Virus record (IMG/VR): IMGVR_UViG_2778260995_000005
Direction: 5' to 3' (one strand)
Source: a virus
Taxonomy: Duplodnaviria; Heunggongvirae; Uroviricota; Caudoviricetes
DNA: 7,186 nt
How positions within the stretch are numbered: position 1 is the first letter of the stretch; every line of letters begins with the position of its first letter. Both the position numbers and the translations under genes were made by a program. Under the pieces are notes generated by a model. The model was not told the DNA's origin. It did no database searches and saw only the letters and a program-made list of their open reading frames with translations. This document shows positions 6,488-7,186 of this stretch, piece after piece.

Positions 6488-6518
6488 CCTGCATGCAGGA
6501 ACTCATCCTTTTGGATGA
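6488..6518 (-). terminator. Possible terminator/operator hairpins downstream of the DUF1722-like gene
   Basis: Two adjacent inverted repeats just after the stop at 6531: TCATCC-TTTT-GGATGA (6503..6518) and the 12-bp perfect palindrome CCTGCATGCAGG (6488..6499), followed on the minus strand by an AT-rich stretch. Short stems, so weak as a terminator; the palindrome could be a protein-binding site. Confidence 0.3.
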
Positions 6519-6530
6519 TATCGCATACAA

Positions 6531-7186
6531 TTAATTTACCATCAGTCTTAGAGCCAGTTCGTCCGGATAGGGATCGAAGTAATTCTGTGTAAGCAAGTAA
6601 TCATTAGGATACTCACCCAGATAATGCTTCAGCAGAGTCAACGGCGCAAGAAGAGGTAATGTGCCAGAACGATAGTTAAGTATAACCTCGCTCAACTCTT
6701 TACGCTGGCGTGTACTTAAGTAGTTACTAAAATACCCCTGTATATGCATCAGCACATTCGTGTGATTTTTACGTGATGCAGGTTTTCTGAGAATCGCCAT
6801 CAGCTTATCACGATACACCTCAAAGTATGATTCAAGGTCCGCCCACTCGTGTATTGCAGCCACAAATGGTCCCATATCTTTATAGCCTGCCTGACTATGC
6901 GCCAACAACTGAAGCTTATAACGACTATGAAAAGCTAATAACTCTCTTCTTGATAATTTCTCCTTGTAAAGGTGATTGAGCTCATGCAAAGCAAAAACTC
7001 TTTCAACAAAATTCTCACGAAGCACTGGATCATGTAATCGCCCATCCTCTTCAACCGGTAGCCAGGAAAACTTTTCCATCAAAGTACTCGTAAATAGTCC
7101 CACTCCATCGTAAGCGTAAACTGACCGCCGTATGTAGCCATCAGACGAGAATTGGTAACTTAGACGCCCATCTGATATAGACGGAC
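6531..7186 (-). CDS. DUF1722 (YbgA-like) domain protein, 5'-truncated by the window edge; possibly a DUF523-DUF1722 fusion
   Basis: The minus-strand frame is open from the window end (7186) to the stop at 6531..6533; the track's GTG start at 7103 is internal. The C-terminal region (LLAFHSRYKLQLLAHSQAGYKDMGPFVAAIHEW...YLLTQNYFDPYPDELALRLMVN) matches my recollection of the DUF1722/YbgA family. Moderately AT-rich. Confidence 0.55.
   Translation of the reverse strand, partial: PSISDGRLSYQFSSDGYIRRSVYAYDGVGLFTSTLMEKFSWLPVEEDGRLHDPVLRENFVERVFALHELNHLYKEKLSRRELLAFHSRYKLQLLAHSQAGYKDMGPFVAAIHEWADLESYFEVYRDKLMAILRKPASRKNHTNVLMHIQGYFSNYLSTRQRKELSEVILNYRSGTLPLLAPLTLLKHYLGEYPNDYLLTQNYFDPYPDELALRLMVN

Noticed and set aside
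6198-6530. ORFs 6198..6395 (+) and 6333..6530 (-) in the AT-rich leader
   Set aside because: Very AT-rich, low-complexity translations (Ile/Lys/Asn/Tyr-rich) with no SD, located in what looks like a regulatory leader. Most likely chance ORFs.
1-7186. CRISPR arrays, IS elements, integrase/att sites, stx or other toxin genes
   Set aside because: No regularly spaced direct repeats, no transposase-like ORFs or terminal inverted repeats, and no ORF resembling an integrase or a Shiga-toxin subunit is present in this window.

Overview
All supportable genes lie on the minus strand, so the window reads as a phage late region from high to low coordinates. It looks like a mosaic lambdoid/HK97-like enterobacterial prophage. 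From the right: a low-GC cargo segment (5'-truncated DUF1722/YbgA-like gene, then an AppY/PatE-like AraC-family regulator with a long AT-rich leader); an intrinsic terminator; a phage-21-type lysis cassette (dual-start pinholin, SAR endolysin, Rz with embedded Rz1); a low-GC two-gene moron locus (unassigned ~124-aa soluble protein plus a 67-aa two-TM membrane protein ending in an intrinsic terminator); an HK97-type packaging module (HNH endonuclease, candidate cos region, P27-family TerS, TerL); an unexpected 60-aa hydrophobic ORF; and the 5' part of a portal gene running off the window start. No rRNA, tRNA, CRISPR array or IS element was recognised. The best candidate for an undescribed system is the moron pair at about 3317..4119. 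Family assignments rest on recalled homology and motifs, not on a search, and GC statements are by-eye estimates.
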